From: Candidatus Peregrinibacteria bacterium HGW-Peregrinibacteria-1
Lineage (GTDB): Bacteria > Patescibacteriota > Gracilibacteria > UBA1369 > LOWO2-01-FULL-3
Length of the DNA stretch: 64,000 nt
Assembly (NCBI GenBank): GCA_002839505.1
Contig: PGYE01000001.1
Span: 459,995 to 523,994, forward strand
Direction of reading: 5' to 3'
Part shown: positions 50,049 through 59,594 of the stretch, in pieces
Layout of the letters: the number at the start of each line of letters is the position of its first letter
Numbering within the stretch: the first letter of the stretch is position 1
Made by a program: the position numbers and the translations under genes
Notes under the pieces: model-generated
Databases searched by the model: none
What the model was told of the DNA's origin: nothing
The model's input: only the letters and a program-made list of their open reading frames with translations

Positions 50049-52097
50049 TTATTTAACAGCCTTTTTCAATTCCTCCACATCCTTCTTCATCTCCATCATC
50101 ATATCTTTAAGAGCTTCATTCTCAGCCTTCAAACTCTCAAGTTCGCTTTGCTGAGATTGGAATTTCTCATATAGAGCTTTGATAGATTCCACATACATGA
50201 AGTCATAAGTACCATACGCGGTTTGAAGATAACCATTTCCATCTTCTTCCACATGTTCTGGCCATACCTTAGCAATATCTTGCGCGGTAAATCCGTACTG
50301 CACGCCCTCCGGACGATCCGTACCGGTCTTATCATCGTCCCATTCGTAAGATACTCCCTTCATCTCAAGTAGTTTCCCTAGAACATCCTCAGAGTTCAAC
50401 TCACTGATATTCTTCTTCAAACGAGCATCCGAATTGGCTAACCAGTCACCTGAAGAACTTTTTGAAGCCGTACCGTTAACCTCAAGCAGATTGCTCAATG
50501 GATTTCTACCGATTCCCACACGCCCCGTATTAGTTACTACCATACGATCTGTTCCTCCCGTAGCAAAGACAACATTAGAGCTTATACCTGACCCGCTCTG
50601 GAAGACAAGACTATTAGATGCAGTTGTCAATCCACCAGCGGTAGTACGATTATACATCCAGTGATCATTGTTAGTACTTACCGTATTACGCATCCTAATT
50701 GCCACATCCGTAGAACCTGATCCATTACCAACCTCAATACCTCTCGCACTACTGATTTTAATTATATCGCTAATCCCTGACAAACTCGGATTTCCTTTCC
50801 ATTCATTAGCCGAATTCAACAACATAGCGATTGTTCCACCGGTCGTGAAAGCCAACTGGTCCGTAGTATATTGATACATACCGGTATTTGAATCATCCTG
50901 AAAACTATAAGTCGGCATAGTTGGAGAACCTGCAGTAGCTAGCGCATGAACCCTGGCATTTTGCGTTATTCTTAATGCTTCGGTTGATAGATTAGTTGTA
51001 TAACCAGAAGCCCCTGGTTCCGTAACGAAAAGTCTAACTTGAGATCCTTGATTCCCGGTTGAATGACCACTTGATAAAGACAAATCACCACCGCTCATAT
51101 TGAAACCATAACCAGAGGATCCTGCGTTAATATTCAAGGGACTACCAGAATACCAAGTCGGAGAATCACCAACCTCAATGTATCTTGCCGTACTTCCATA
51201 AGTTGGAAGGGCTGGTAAATGAATTCCACCACCGTATGACAGACGCATCACATCTCTACCACCTGCGGTAAATCCTAAAACTGACGACACTGAGTCGGCC
51301 AAATACATACCAGTACTTGAATCATTCGCAAAACCATAAGAAGGAGCCGCCGCACTTCCGTTAGAAATCGACTGCATTATTCCACCTGACGTAATTCTAA
51401 AACGCTCGCCAGATCCGGTGGAAAAAGACAAAGTGTTTATCCCTGCACTATATACTCCGGTATCTGTGTCATCATTGAAGGAATAAGCAGGTGCGCCCGC
51501 GGCCCCACCTGAACTACGAACCACCCCATTGGGGTAAAGCGTACCATCGTTGTGAATTCTTAGCCTATCAACCCCATTAAGCAAAAAAGTTAAAAAAGGA
51601 CTTCCCCCTCCTTCGATATCCATACCACTATTGGAATAACCAGTCCAACTGTAAGAAGGGGCTCCTGCTCCTCCAGGACCACCGGCTCTAAATCTTCCGT
51701 TCGAGGTACTAATATTGCCGAACACTGTAAGATTAGCATCATTCCCTGCTCCACTCGTTCCGATCGCAACATCATTCAATAACTGCGATACACCTCCGAC
51801 AATCAAACCGGAGACCGTTCCTTTGGCACTGGATCCCACGACGACATTACGAGTCGAGGCACCGCCAAGATTGAGTCCCAGATTTGTTAGCGTGGTGACG
51901 ATTCCATTCGGACTGATCTGGACATCATTGCTGACACCATCAATCGTAACACCACTAAAAACCGGTCCCACCATACTTCCGGGAGGACTCTGAGTAGGGG
52001 TCGCCGCCATCGCCGAATTAGCGACAAAAGCCAAAGAAGCTATAGCCACTAACGAAGAAGACGCTAAAACTTTGCGTAACAACATAGATATTTTCAT
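50049..52097 (-). CDS. secreted tail-fibre-like protein with a repeated AP(S/A)Y(S/G)F..D..TGMY module and a C-terminal peptidase-S74 / intramolecular-chaperone domain followed by a coiled coil
   Basis: Signal peptide (LVAIASLAFVANSAMA). There are four module copies: GAPSYSWTGYSNSGM, GAPAYSFNDDTDTGVY, AAPSYGFANDSSTGMY and TMPTYSFQDDSNTGMY. The C-terminal SDARLKKNISEL..GVSYEW..YGFTAQDIAKVWPE matches the endosialidase/tail-fibre chaperone domain hallmark. Confidence 0.75.
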   Translation of the reverse strand: MKISMLLRKVLASSSLVAIASLAFVANSAMAATPTQSPPGSMVGPVFSGVTIDGVSNDVQISPNGIVTTLTNLGLNLGGASTRNVVVGSSAKGTVSGLIVGGVSQLLNDVAIGTSGAGNDANLTVFGNISTSNGRFRAGGPGGAGAPSYSWTGYSNSGMDIEGGGSPFLTFLLNGVDRLRIHNDGTLYPNGVVRSSGGAAGAPAYSFNDDTDTGVYSAGINTLSFSTGSGERFRITSGGIMQSISNGSAAAPSYGFANDSSTGMYLADSVSSVLGFTAGGRDVMRLSYGGGIHLPALPTYGSTARYIEVGDSPTWYSGSPLNINAGSSGYGFNMSGGDLSLSSGHSTGNQGSQVRLFVTEPGASGYTTNLSTEALRITQNARVHALATAGSPTMPTYSFQDDSNTGMYQYTTDQLAFTTGGTIAMLLNSANEWKGNPSLSGISDIIKISSARGIEVGNGSGSTDVAIRMRNTVSTNNDHWMYNRTTAGGLTTASNSLVFQSGSGISSNVVFATGGTDRMVVTNTGRVGIGRNPLSNLLEVNGTASKSSSGDWLANSDARLKKNISELNSEDVLGKLLEMKGVSYEWDDDKTGTDRPEGVQYGFTAQDIAKVWPEHVEEDGNGYLQTAYGTYDFMYVESIKALYEKFQSQQSELESLKAENEALKDMMMEMKKDVEELKKAVK

Positions 52098-52129
52098 AGT
52101 TATTGTTTTTATTTTTTATTATCATATCA

Positions 52130-52158
52130 TTATAACAGATAAAATGAAATAGAACAAC
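52130..52158 (-). promoter_or_regulatory. candidate extended -10 promoter for the tail-fibre-like gene
   Basis: The minus strand reads TTGTTC, a 17-nt spacer ending in TGT, then TATAAT. This is the same TGTTATAAT 9-mer as at 33791-33799, and it lies ~30 nt upstream of the ATG at 52097. Confidence 0.5.
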
Positions 52159-52175
52159 AATAATATTTCCTACGC

Positions 52176-54065
52176 CTAATTAGTATTAACCGCATCCACA
52201 ACAACAAAATCAATATTATCTTCAATCTTTGGAAGCGTCGGTGACCACGCCGGCCAACTATCTATTCTCACACTATTCACCTCCGGCAGATTTTGAATAT
52301 AAGCTTTTGCCGACTCCATCTCCATCCCCAATATTCTATCCCTGATTTTATTTATTAACCTCTGCCCATTTTCCGTATCAGTATCTATATCATACAGCTC
52401 AATACCTTTGATATTAGCGGTCAAACGAATTTTACCCTCAGCATCATTAAGCTCAAATACCCGATAGGTCACAGAATCCTCACTGATCTCCATTAGTTTT
52501 TTCTGTGGACTTTTATTGATCTCCAGCTGCTTCGTCAAAATATTTAACATATCTCGACGATCATAAAATATTCCAAAAACATCAATCTCACCGCTAATCG
52601 TAAATTCCTCTATATCTTGTCCCACAATCGTCTCATCGACCTGAATTCTCGGCTCGGATACAGTAATAGTACGATCTGCCTCTAACAGCACAAAATCATG
52701 AAACAATCCATCTCCCACATCCTGAGTCGCGACCTCGCCCCTCATTTTTTCCACCGCACCCTCAACAAGTTGCCCCCTAATCATTTCCTTTGCGCCTTCA
52801 ATATCTTCTGCTCTGGCAAATGTAATAAAATCCGTCACCCCGCCACTCATCGGCTCACTACTCTCGCCATAAATTTTGGATCGGTTCGCCTCGCTCAAAC
52901 CTGGCAGGAAAAACCGACTTGGCCCAATATTTCCTCTTTCTCCCACCACCTGACCGCTGGCATCGACCTCATCCGCCTCCACACTTACATCCAGCTTCCC
53001 AGGCCCATTCAACCCAGCCGCCGGCACCGTCACCCCCTGTGAAATCCTAAAGACAATCCCTTCATCAGTCTGAAAACGAGTATTTGCGATCAAAGGCCAC
53101 GGACTTGTCGTTGTATTGACAATCGAGATGGTTCCTTTGGGATTTGCCCCACGATCCGAAAACCTTTTACCGGTAGCGGTATAAGTCAAACTCTGACTAC
53201 TGGTACTCTTGATTCTATAACTCGCAATCATATTATCGGGATTTGTCCGCAACTCCGAGCTATTCCTTTGAGCCTCTGCCAGCGTAATATTAATTGATGT
53301 ATCCAGCACGCTTGCTGCCGGAGTCAAATAAATCGTCGCCCCCGGCAAAGCGATATAAACGATCACCAATAAAACTAAGACACTCGTCACAATAAGCGCC
53401 ATTAAAGATCTCCGGTTCGGAATCACTACCCGCACATTACTTTTAATCTTCTTTGTTTTTTTCTCTGCAGTAGCTACTGCGTCGGAGCTGTTCAACCTGT
53501 CATCCAAATTAGCACTTTTATTCAGAAGCTGCGCAATCGACATCTTTCTTTCCGAAAGCCGCGTTGGAGCCTCCTCCTCAACACTATTCACCGTCGCCCT
53601 CATAGGAGTAATCTTCATCTGATCATCCTCGGTCACGCTTGAAAATAATCTCGTGACCCCCTGTTCATCCTCTTTTTCATAGACGGGAATACCGGCTTTA
53701 TGTGCCAGATTTACGCCCTTTTCATCATTACTTATCAGGAATATTTCCTTTCCGTCATCCTCCGTCTTTTTCTTCAGAATCTTCAAATTAATCAAACTCT
53801 GAAAAAGAATTGCTCTCTGTGGCACCACCAGATAAACAAATTTATGACGAGATATCATTATTCGATGATAGATATCAATCACCTCATCATCAATTTCCAA
53901 ATATAAAACTCGCTTCTTATCAAGCAACAGCGATTTACCGTCCATACTTTCCTCTAAATCGGTTTCAACTACTTCATTCTCATCGACGGTATCATCAAGA
54001 ACAGGTGAGTCCACATCCTCATTCTCTCTTTTTTTAATTTTCTTATTTGTTTTTTTTTCCGCCAT
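52176..54065 (-). CDS. bitopic membrane protein: ~210-aa cytoplasmic N-terminal domain, one TM, ~390-aa external domain (possibly baseplate-J/gp47-like)
   Basis: TM LMALIVTSVLVLLVIVYIAL. The external region has the pattern GTISIVN..TRFQTDEGIVFRI..VPAAG..VSVEADEVDASGQVVGERGNIG, which recalls baseplate-J family proteins. That assignment is from memory, not from a search. Confidence 0.5.
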   Translation of the reverse strand: MAEKKTNKKIKKRENEDVDSPVLDDTVDENEVVETDLEESMDGKSLLLDKKRVLYLEIDDEVIDIYHRIMISRHKFVYLVVPQRAILFQSLINLKILKKKTEDDGKEIFLISNDEKGVNLAHKAGIPVYEKEDEQGVTRLFSSVTEDDQMKITPMRATVNSVEEEAPTRLSERKMSIAQLLNKSANLDDRLNSSDAVATAEKKTKKIKSNVRVVIPNRRSLMALIVTSVLVLLVIVYIALPGATIYLTPAASVLDTSINITLAEAQRNSSELRTNPDNMIASYRIKSTSSQSLTYTATGKRFSDRGANPKGTISIVNTTTSPWPLIANTRFQTDEGIVFRISQGVTVPAAGLNGPGKLDVSVEADEVDASGQVVGERGNIGPSRFFLPGLSEANRSKIYGESSEPMSGGVTDFITFARAEDIEGAKEMIRGQLVEGAVEKMRGEVATQDVGDGLFHDFVLLEADRTITVSEPRIQVDETIVGQDIEEFTISGEIDVFGIFYDRRDMLNILTKQLEINKSPQKKLMEISEDSVTYRVFELNDAEGKIRLTANIKGIELYDIDTDTENGQRLINKIRDRILGMEMESAKAYIQNLPEVNSVRIDSWPAWSPTLPKIEDNIDFVVVDAVNTN

Positions 54066-54112
54066 TCAACTTGTTGATTTACAAAACCGCAAACACCCCC
54101 TGAAACAGTCCT

Positions 54113-55369
54113 CTAAACATTCATCAAGCGCACCACTTTTTTCAACACCTTCGATAACACCTGATCTTCACTGACCAACCCCATTCCTAAAACTGCCAAG
54201 CCCATAGCCATCGCATATCCGTGATCATTCAAAGTCTTCGTATCATCTATCAATTTTGGAACCATTTTCGGACTGAAAAAACTAATCTGTGGTTTTTTTA
54301 CAAATGGCAACGACTGCACCCACTCACGACTTTCAAGCGACAGCCTCAGCTCCGGAAGATTCGCAGCCCGCCCCGAAAGAATTATTCGCGGAGGCAAAAC
54401 ATCCATATTATCAAACTCTTCAAGAGTCAAAGCCATACCAGAAAGCCATACATCCGCATCAAGCTTCATGGCCTCTTGAACGATTTTGCGGGACTGCCTC
54501 TCCAGAATATCATTGCTATAAGCCAGCTTAATCTCATCAGCCTCTCCAAAGGAGATATTTAGACTTTGAGACAACCTTTTTGTAAAGGTCTGCCCGCCCA
54601 CCGTAAACATTTTAGTCCCTTTCAAAACGCCGTCCTTCACCACGACCACATCAGTAATTCCACCACCCACATCGACAAAAACCGCATCGGTATCCTCCTC
54701 GTGATTTCCTCCTTCCAGACAACGAGACAAAGCATAAGGCTCCGAGGTAATTGCCAAAAGCTCCTTATCAATCTCCGCCGCAATCGTCTGTAAAGCACCA
54801 TAATGAACCAATGGCGCAAAAGCATTAAAAACACTCAGCGAAACCTCTTTTCCCTGAAAACCAATCGGGTTTTTAAGCCGATATCCATCAATTTTAACAT
54901 CCACAATATCAGCCGCAATCAGCTTCACATCAATCTCATTATAACCAGTCTCCTCAGCCAACTGCGCCCGCACACGCTCGAAAGCCCTCCACTGCACCTT
55001 GTGCACAATATTTTTCAGCTCCGCCAAATCAATTTTACTGGTCTCATCACTTCTCATATAAGAAATATTCGTCGTCGCCCCCTTCACCGATTCTCCAGAA
55101 ATTCCCATAATCATACGATGAGTATGAATCCCCGCCATATTTTCGGCATACTTAATCGCCGCATGACAATTGTCAATCACCGCAGCCAAATCAGTCACCA
55201 CACCATGATCCATATCACCGACCTTTTGTCGCTTTGTCCCCGCGCCCAAAACCCGCACCCTCTTGCCGTCAACCAGGCACACCAACGCTTTCACACTATC
55301 AGTTCCAATATCCAGAACCAGATAATGCGCATCAGTAGCCCGTTTTTTTAAACCACGAAACAATCGCAT
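54113..55369 (-). CDS. ftsA: cell division protein FtsA (actin-like ATPase)
   Basis: Phosphate-1 motif YLVLDIGTDSVKALV and phosphate-2 motif VFVDVGGGITDVVVV, followed by GGQTFTKRL. C-terminal amphipathic helix VLSKVLKKVVRLMNV. Confidence 0.85.
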   Translation of the reverse strand: MRLFRGLKKRATDAHYLVLDIGTDSVKALVCLVDGKRVRVLGAGTKRQKVGDMDHGVVTDLAAVIDNCHAAIKYAENMAGIHTHRMIMGISGESVKGATTNISYMRSDETSKIDLAELKNIVHKVQWRAFERVRAQLAEETGYNEIDVKLIAADIVDVKIDGYRLKNPIGFQGKEVSLSVFNAFAPLVHYGALQTIAAEIDKELLAITSEPYALSRCLEGGNHEEDTDAVFVDVGGGITDVVVVKDGVLKGTKMFTVGGQTFTKRLSQSLNISFGEADEIKLAYSNDILERQSRKIVQEAMKLDADVWLSGMALTLEEFDNMDVLPPRIILSGRAANLPELRLSLESREWVQSLPFVKKPQISFFSPKMVPKLIDDTKTLNDHGYAMAMGLAVLGMGLVSEDQVLSKVLKKVVRLMNV

Positions 55370-55423
55370 CAGAAAAAATTAGTAGAAAAGCCCACAAAAT
55401 ATAAAGCAATCAACGCGAAAAAA

Positions 55424-56440
55424 TCAATGCTCAGATTGCGAAATCAATTCTTTGATCAATCTCGATAGAGTAACACCGGAATCATTCATTAAAAGCGGAT
55501 ACATGCTGTGCTCTGTAAACCCCGGCAGGGTATTTATCTCATTGAAATAAACCCTCCCTGAAGCCTTATCCAAAAAGAAATCCACCCTCGCCAGCCCCCT
55601 GCAATCCAGCAATTTATATATTTTCTCAGTCAAACCTCTGATCTTATCTCGGCAAGCCTCATCAATCTCTGCCGGAATCACCGTCTTGGATTTTCCATCG
55701 TAATACTTATCCGACAAATCATAAAACTCACCCCCAGGAATGATTTCCCCCACATCCGACACCATAAAATTATCTCCCTCAAACACGGCACACTCCAGCT
55801 CCCTCACCGAAAAACCCTTCTCAACCAAAACCTTATCATCATAATTCCAAGCGTTTTCAATCGCCCCCTGAAGTTCCTCAAAAGTTTTCACCTTTGTTAT
55901 TCCCACTGAAGAACCCAAATTCGCCGGTTTCACAAAACACGGAAAACTAATAACATCCGCAACATTTTTCAGATCATATTCTTCTCCTTTTTTCACCACC
56001 ATCCATGGAACCACCTCAATACCGGCAGAATCACAGATCTTTTTACAAAAATCCTTATCCATACAAATCGCAGAACTCGCCACACCACATCCCACATATC
56101 TAATGCCCGCCATTTCCAACATTCCCTGAAGCCGACCATCCTCCCCAAAAGTACCGTGCAAGACAGGCAAGGCCACATCTATCCTTTTCCTCATCTTAAT
56201 CGTTTCACCATCCATCACCATAAGCTCCGAACTCTTATTTAAAGCCAGCACAACATCATCCTTAAACTCCCCACCACCGTCATTATCCCTAATTTTCCAG
56301 CTTCCATCCTTGGTAATCAAAATCTCCACCACCTCATTTGCCGTTTTATCGAAATTGCTCAAAATTGTCTGCGCCGACATCAACGAAATATCATGTTCCT
56401 GACTCTGCCCGCCGTAAATAACCGCTACTACCTTTTTCAT
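55424..56440 (-). CDS. ddl: D-alanine--D-alanine ligase
   Basis: N-terminus KKVVAVIYGGQSQEHDISLMSA, VLHGTFGEDGRLQGMLE, and ATP-grasp C-terminal end RVDFFL..YFNEINTLPGFT. Confidence 0.93.
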   Translation of the reverse strand: MKKVVAVIYGGQSQEHDISLMSAQTILSNFDKTANEVVEILITKDGSWKIRDNDGGGEFKDDVVLALNKSSELMVMDGETIKMRKRIDVALPVLHGTFGEDGRLQGMLEMAGIRYVGCGVASSAICMDKDFCKKICDSAGIEVVPWMVVKKGEEYDLKNVADVISFPCFVKPANLGSSVGITKVKTFEELQGAIENAWNYDDKVLVEKGFSVRELECAVFEGDNFMVSDVGEIIPGGEFYDLSDKYYDGKSKTVIPAEIDEACRDKIRGLTEKIYKLLDCRGLARVDFFLDKASGRVYFNEINTLPGFTEHSMYPLLMNDSGVTLSRLIKELISQSEH

Positions 56441-56476
56441 ATTTGTTTTAAAAATAAGTATTTAATTAAACACACT

Positions 56477-57601
56477 CTACTTCACAACCAGCTTCCCACC
56501 AATTCTAGTCGTAACCTCATAATTAATCGTCCCCGCCCATCCCGCAAACTCCTCAACCGAAATCAACTCACCCCCGGATTGTCCGATCAAAACCACCTCA
56601 TCCTCCACCGCCACACCCTCAATATCCGTAACATCAACCATAATCATATTCATACATATTCTCCCCACAACCGCCGCTCTCTTACCATGAATCAACACAT
56701 GCGCCCCCTTCACACCTCGATCATAACCATCATAATAACCCACCGGCAAAATCGCCAAAGTAGTCTTTCTGGAAGTGCGATAAGTACACCCATAACCGAC
56801 GAACTGCGCGGCCGGGACATCCTTCACCTGCGCTACGCGCGTCTTCCAACTAAACGCCGGCCGCGCCCAAAACTCCTTGGCCCCACTCGCCAAATATGAG
56901 GCATAAGTCTCCTTCGATGGCCACAGCCCATAGCTGATAATCCCTGGACGCACCATCTCAAAACGCGTCTCATCAAACAAAAGTGTCGCCGCCGAATTCG
57001 CACAATGCCTTATTTTAGGCACCACCCCACATCGATCTTCAATCAAAGCAATCAACCTACGAAATTCTTGCAGCTGCTCCTCGGCATAACTATGATCCGT
57101 CGTATCCTCAATATTCGCAAAATGCGTCGCCATCCCCTCAATCTCAATATTGCGATATTGTTTCACCGCCTCCACCAACTCCACCAACTTATCATCCGCC
57201 AACCCCTGCCGATTATTCCCAGTTTCCAATTTCAAATGTATCTTTACCTCCTTCCCCAATTTTCCCAGCACCTCCACCGTCTCACGATTATAAACAATTA
57301 CCCGCACATCCTTCATCTCCACCAACTCCGCCAGCTCTTCAAGCAAAACATACCCCATAATATAAACCGGCACCTCAATCCCGCCTTCCCGAAGCCGCTT
57401 GGCCTCATCCAAAGAATTCACACTCAGCCAATCCGCCCCCGCCTCCACAAAACACCGACCCGCCTCGACCAGCCCATGCCCATAAGCATCCGATTTCACG
57501 CACGGACACAAAATCCGCTCGCTGCCGATCATTTTCCTCAAAGCCCCCATATTCGCCCTCAAGGCCTCCGCCGATATTTCCTTCCAAACTAAATTATTCA
57601 T
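56477..57601 (-). CDS. alr: alanine racemase
   Basis: PLP-lysine context VKSDAYGHG and a C-terminal beta domain with YEVTTRI. I prefer the ATG at 57601 (MNNLVWKEIS) to the extended track start at 57643. Confidence 0.9.
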   Translation of the reverse strand: MNNLVWKEISAEALRANMGALRKMIGSERILCPCVKSDAYGHGLVEAGRCFVEAGADWLSVNSLDEAKRLREGGIEVPVYIMGYVLLEELAELVEMKDVRVIVYNRETVEVLGKLGKEVKIHLKLETGNNRQGLADDKLVELVEAVKQYRNIEIEGMATHFANIEDTTDHSYAEEQLQEFRRLIALIEDRCGVVPKIRHCANSAATLLFDETRFEMVRPGIISYGLWPSKETYASYLASGAKEFWARPAFSWKTRVAQVKDVPAAQFVGYGCTYRTSRKTTLAILPVGYYDGYDRGVKGAHVLIHGKRAAVVGRICMNMIMVDVTDIEGVAVEDEVVLIGQSGGELISVEEFAGWAGTINYEVTTRIGGKLVVK

Positions 57602-57660
57602 ATACCAGCATTCTAATAGTAAACACAAATACCACCAATACAAACTTCAATATAAGCCCT

Positions 57661-57689
57661 TTACCTACCAAATCCAAGCATGCTAATAT
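57661..57689 (+). promoter_or_regulatory. candidate extended -10 promoter for the BI-1 gene
   Basis: TGcTAATAT (57681-57689), with a weak -35 TTACCT 17 nt upstream. Confidence 0.3.
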
Positions 57690-57725
57690 CGTCACTCGAA
57701 ATAGATCAATAAAAATTTCACAATC

Positions 57726-58394
57726 ATGCAAAACACCACAACACTAAAATCCCAAGCAATGGCTTCCGGATTTGCATCCAAGGTAATATTTTTCTTTGCC
57801 CTCGCCATCCTGGCTTCCGGCCTCGGCGCCTGGGTCTCATTAAACTACTTTATGGCATTTTTGGCAGCAACACCGGCGGTCATCTACGGACTTTTCGCCG
57901 TTGAACTAATCCTAGTCTTCACCTCAAGAATCTGGAGTCAAAAAGAAGGAATCAACAAACTACTCTTCTTTCTATTCGCCTTCCTCACAGGTGTGACACT
58001 CAGCCCGCTTTTAGCTGTTGTCCTCAGCAATCCGGCTGGAGCTGGAATGCTTACCAAAGCTCTACTCATCAGCGGAATGACCTTTACCGGTACCGCCATC
58101 TGGGGAGCTACCACCAAAGCCGACCTTTCCGGATTCCGATTATTTTTGATGCCGACACTTATCGGCATGATCATCATCTCAGTTCTTGGAATCTTCATCC
58201 CATGGGGGAGTACCTTCGAGCTCGTATTTTCCGGAGCTGGAATAATTCTCTTCAGTTTATTCACCGCCTTCGACTTTCAAAACCTCAAAAATTACCCCGC
58301 TAACGCCTACATCGACGCCGCCTTACATCTCTTCTTGGACATCTTCAACCTCTTCACCTTTGTTCTCAGATTTCTAACAGCCCAAAACGACTAA
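57726..58394 (+). CDS. Bax inhibitor-1/YccA family membrane protein
   Basis: 222 aa with 7 TM helices and family-typical organisation, including a C-terminal DIFNLFTFVLRFL. Confidence 0.8.
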   Translation: MQNTTTLKSQAMASGFASKVIFFFALAILASGLGAWVSLNYFMAFLAATPAVIYGLFAVELILVFTSRIWSQKEGINKLLFFLFAFLTGVTLSPLLAVVLSNPAGAGMLTKALLISGMTFTGTAIWGATTKADLSGFRLFLMPTLIGMIIISVLGIFIPWGSTFELVFSGAGIILFSLFTAFDFQNLKNYPANAYIDAALHLFLDIFNLFTFVLRFLTAQND

Positions 58395-58401
58395 ATCCTG
58401 C

Positions 58402-58935
58402 ATGAACAAAACCCAAACCGTTCCCAACTTAAAATTCGACATCGGCGAACTACTCGATAGACTTTTAGGCACATCAATCAGCTATTCCTTCAGTGAGCCA
58501 AGCCTCTACGAAGATTTCGACACCCAAACCACCCTAGACGGGAAGCTCGACATCATGCGTATTGAAAAAAGCCTCAATGTCATCATCCGCGACTTCGAAA
58601 CCACAATTGTTTTCCCATCTTGCAGCCGTTGTCTTCAAGAATTCACCTTGCCGATCAAAATTGAGCACGCCGAAAGACAATTTTATATTAAAGAACCTCA
58701 AGATCTTGACGACCCCAATGATTTTTATCTCGTCGACTTGAAGCACCAACAGATTGATATTTCCGAAATGCTTCGCCAAGAAATAATCTTGCATTTCCCA
58801 ACTTTTCTAGTATGCTCTAACAGCTGTAAAGGGATCTGTGACCAGTGTGGCAACGACAGAAATCAAAAAGACTGTGATTGCCAACAGATAGAAGTCACCA
58901 ACAACCCTTTCTCTCAACTCAAAGAATTAATTTAA
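58402..58935 (+). CDS. yceD: YceD/DUF177 family protein
   Basis: It lies immediately upstream of rpmF, as in most bacteria. C-terminal Cys cluster CSNSCKGICDQCGNDRNQKDCDC. Confidence 0.8.
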   Translation: MNKTQTVPNLKFDIGELLDRLLGTSISYSFSEPSLYEDFDTQTTLDGKLDIMRIEKSLNVIIRDFETTIVFPSCSRCLQEFTLPIKIEHAERQFYIKEPQDLDDPNDFYLVDLKHQQIDISEMLRQEIILHFPTFLVCSNSCKGICDQCGNDRNQKDCDCQQIEVTNNPFSQLKELI

Positions 58936-58942
58936 TTTAGCC

Positions 58943-59182
58943 ATGTCAAAGCATCCAGTACCAAAGAAAAAGACCACCAAGCGCGTCACCAAACAACGCT
59001 ACGGAGCATTCAAAACTCGCAAACTAAAACAACTTACTGCAATAGTTTCGCTCACTGATTGCGACAACTGCGGAGCAAAAAAATTGAACCACAACACTTG
59101 TACCAAATGCGGAACCTACCGTGGAAGACAAGTAATCGACATGAATAAAAAAGCTGAAAAGATCACCACAATAAAAGCTTAA
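58943..59182 (+). CDS. rpmF: 50S ribosomal protein L32
   Basis: MSKHPVPKKKTTKRVTKQR N-terminus and a CxxC..CxxC zinc ribbon (CDNCGAKKLNHNTCTKCG). Confidence 0.9.
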   Translation: MSKHPVPKKKTTKRVTKQRYGAFKTRKLKQLTAIVSLTDCDNCGAKKLNHNTCTKCGTYRGRQVIDMNKKAEKITTIKA

Positions 59183-59186
59183 TTCT

Positions 59187-59594
59187 ATGGCCAGTTATCG
59201 CCACCTAGTGCGTCAATGTTTGATAAAAACTATCTTTTCCGTTGAATTTCGTGAGTCCGTTGCCCAAGACACCCTGAATAACATCCTCGATGAATTCGCG
59301 CCCAAAGTAACGGAGCGCGATTTTGCTTATAGCACACTGGAAGGCTTACTAAAAAACAAAGACGAAATCATCAAAAATATCGAACGCTATGCACCCGAAT
59401 GGCCTTTTGAAAAATTACCTCGCATCGACCGAGCAATTCTCGAGCTCGGTATCTACGAAATACTCTTTTCCGAGGAAATACCTGATATTGTCTCCATCAA
59501 CGAATGCATCGAGCTCGCCAAAGAATTCGGCGACGAAAACAGTTCCAAATTTATCAACGGTGTCCTAAGTTCAGTAGCTAATTCAAAAAAATGA
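59187..59594 (+). CDS. nusB: transcription antitermination factor NusB
   Basis: DRAILELGIYEILFSEEIPDIVSINECIELAKEFGDENSSKFINGVL matches the NusB core. Confidence 0.85.
   Translation: MASYRHLVRQCLIKTIFSVEFRESVAQDTLNNILDEFAPKVTERDFAYSTLEGLLKNKDEIIKNIERYAPEWPFEKLPRIDRAILELGIYEILFSEEIPDIVSINECIELAKEFGDENSSKFINGVLSSVANSKK

Noticed and set aside
50049-54065. Prophage, phage-tail-like particle or T6SS remnant.
   Set aside because: No sheath, tube, spike, other baseplate, capsid, terminase, integrase or lysis genes lie on either side. The flanks are ftsA/ddl/alr and housekeeping genes, and the fibre protein has a Sec signal. It is treated as domesticated modules rather than a mobile element.
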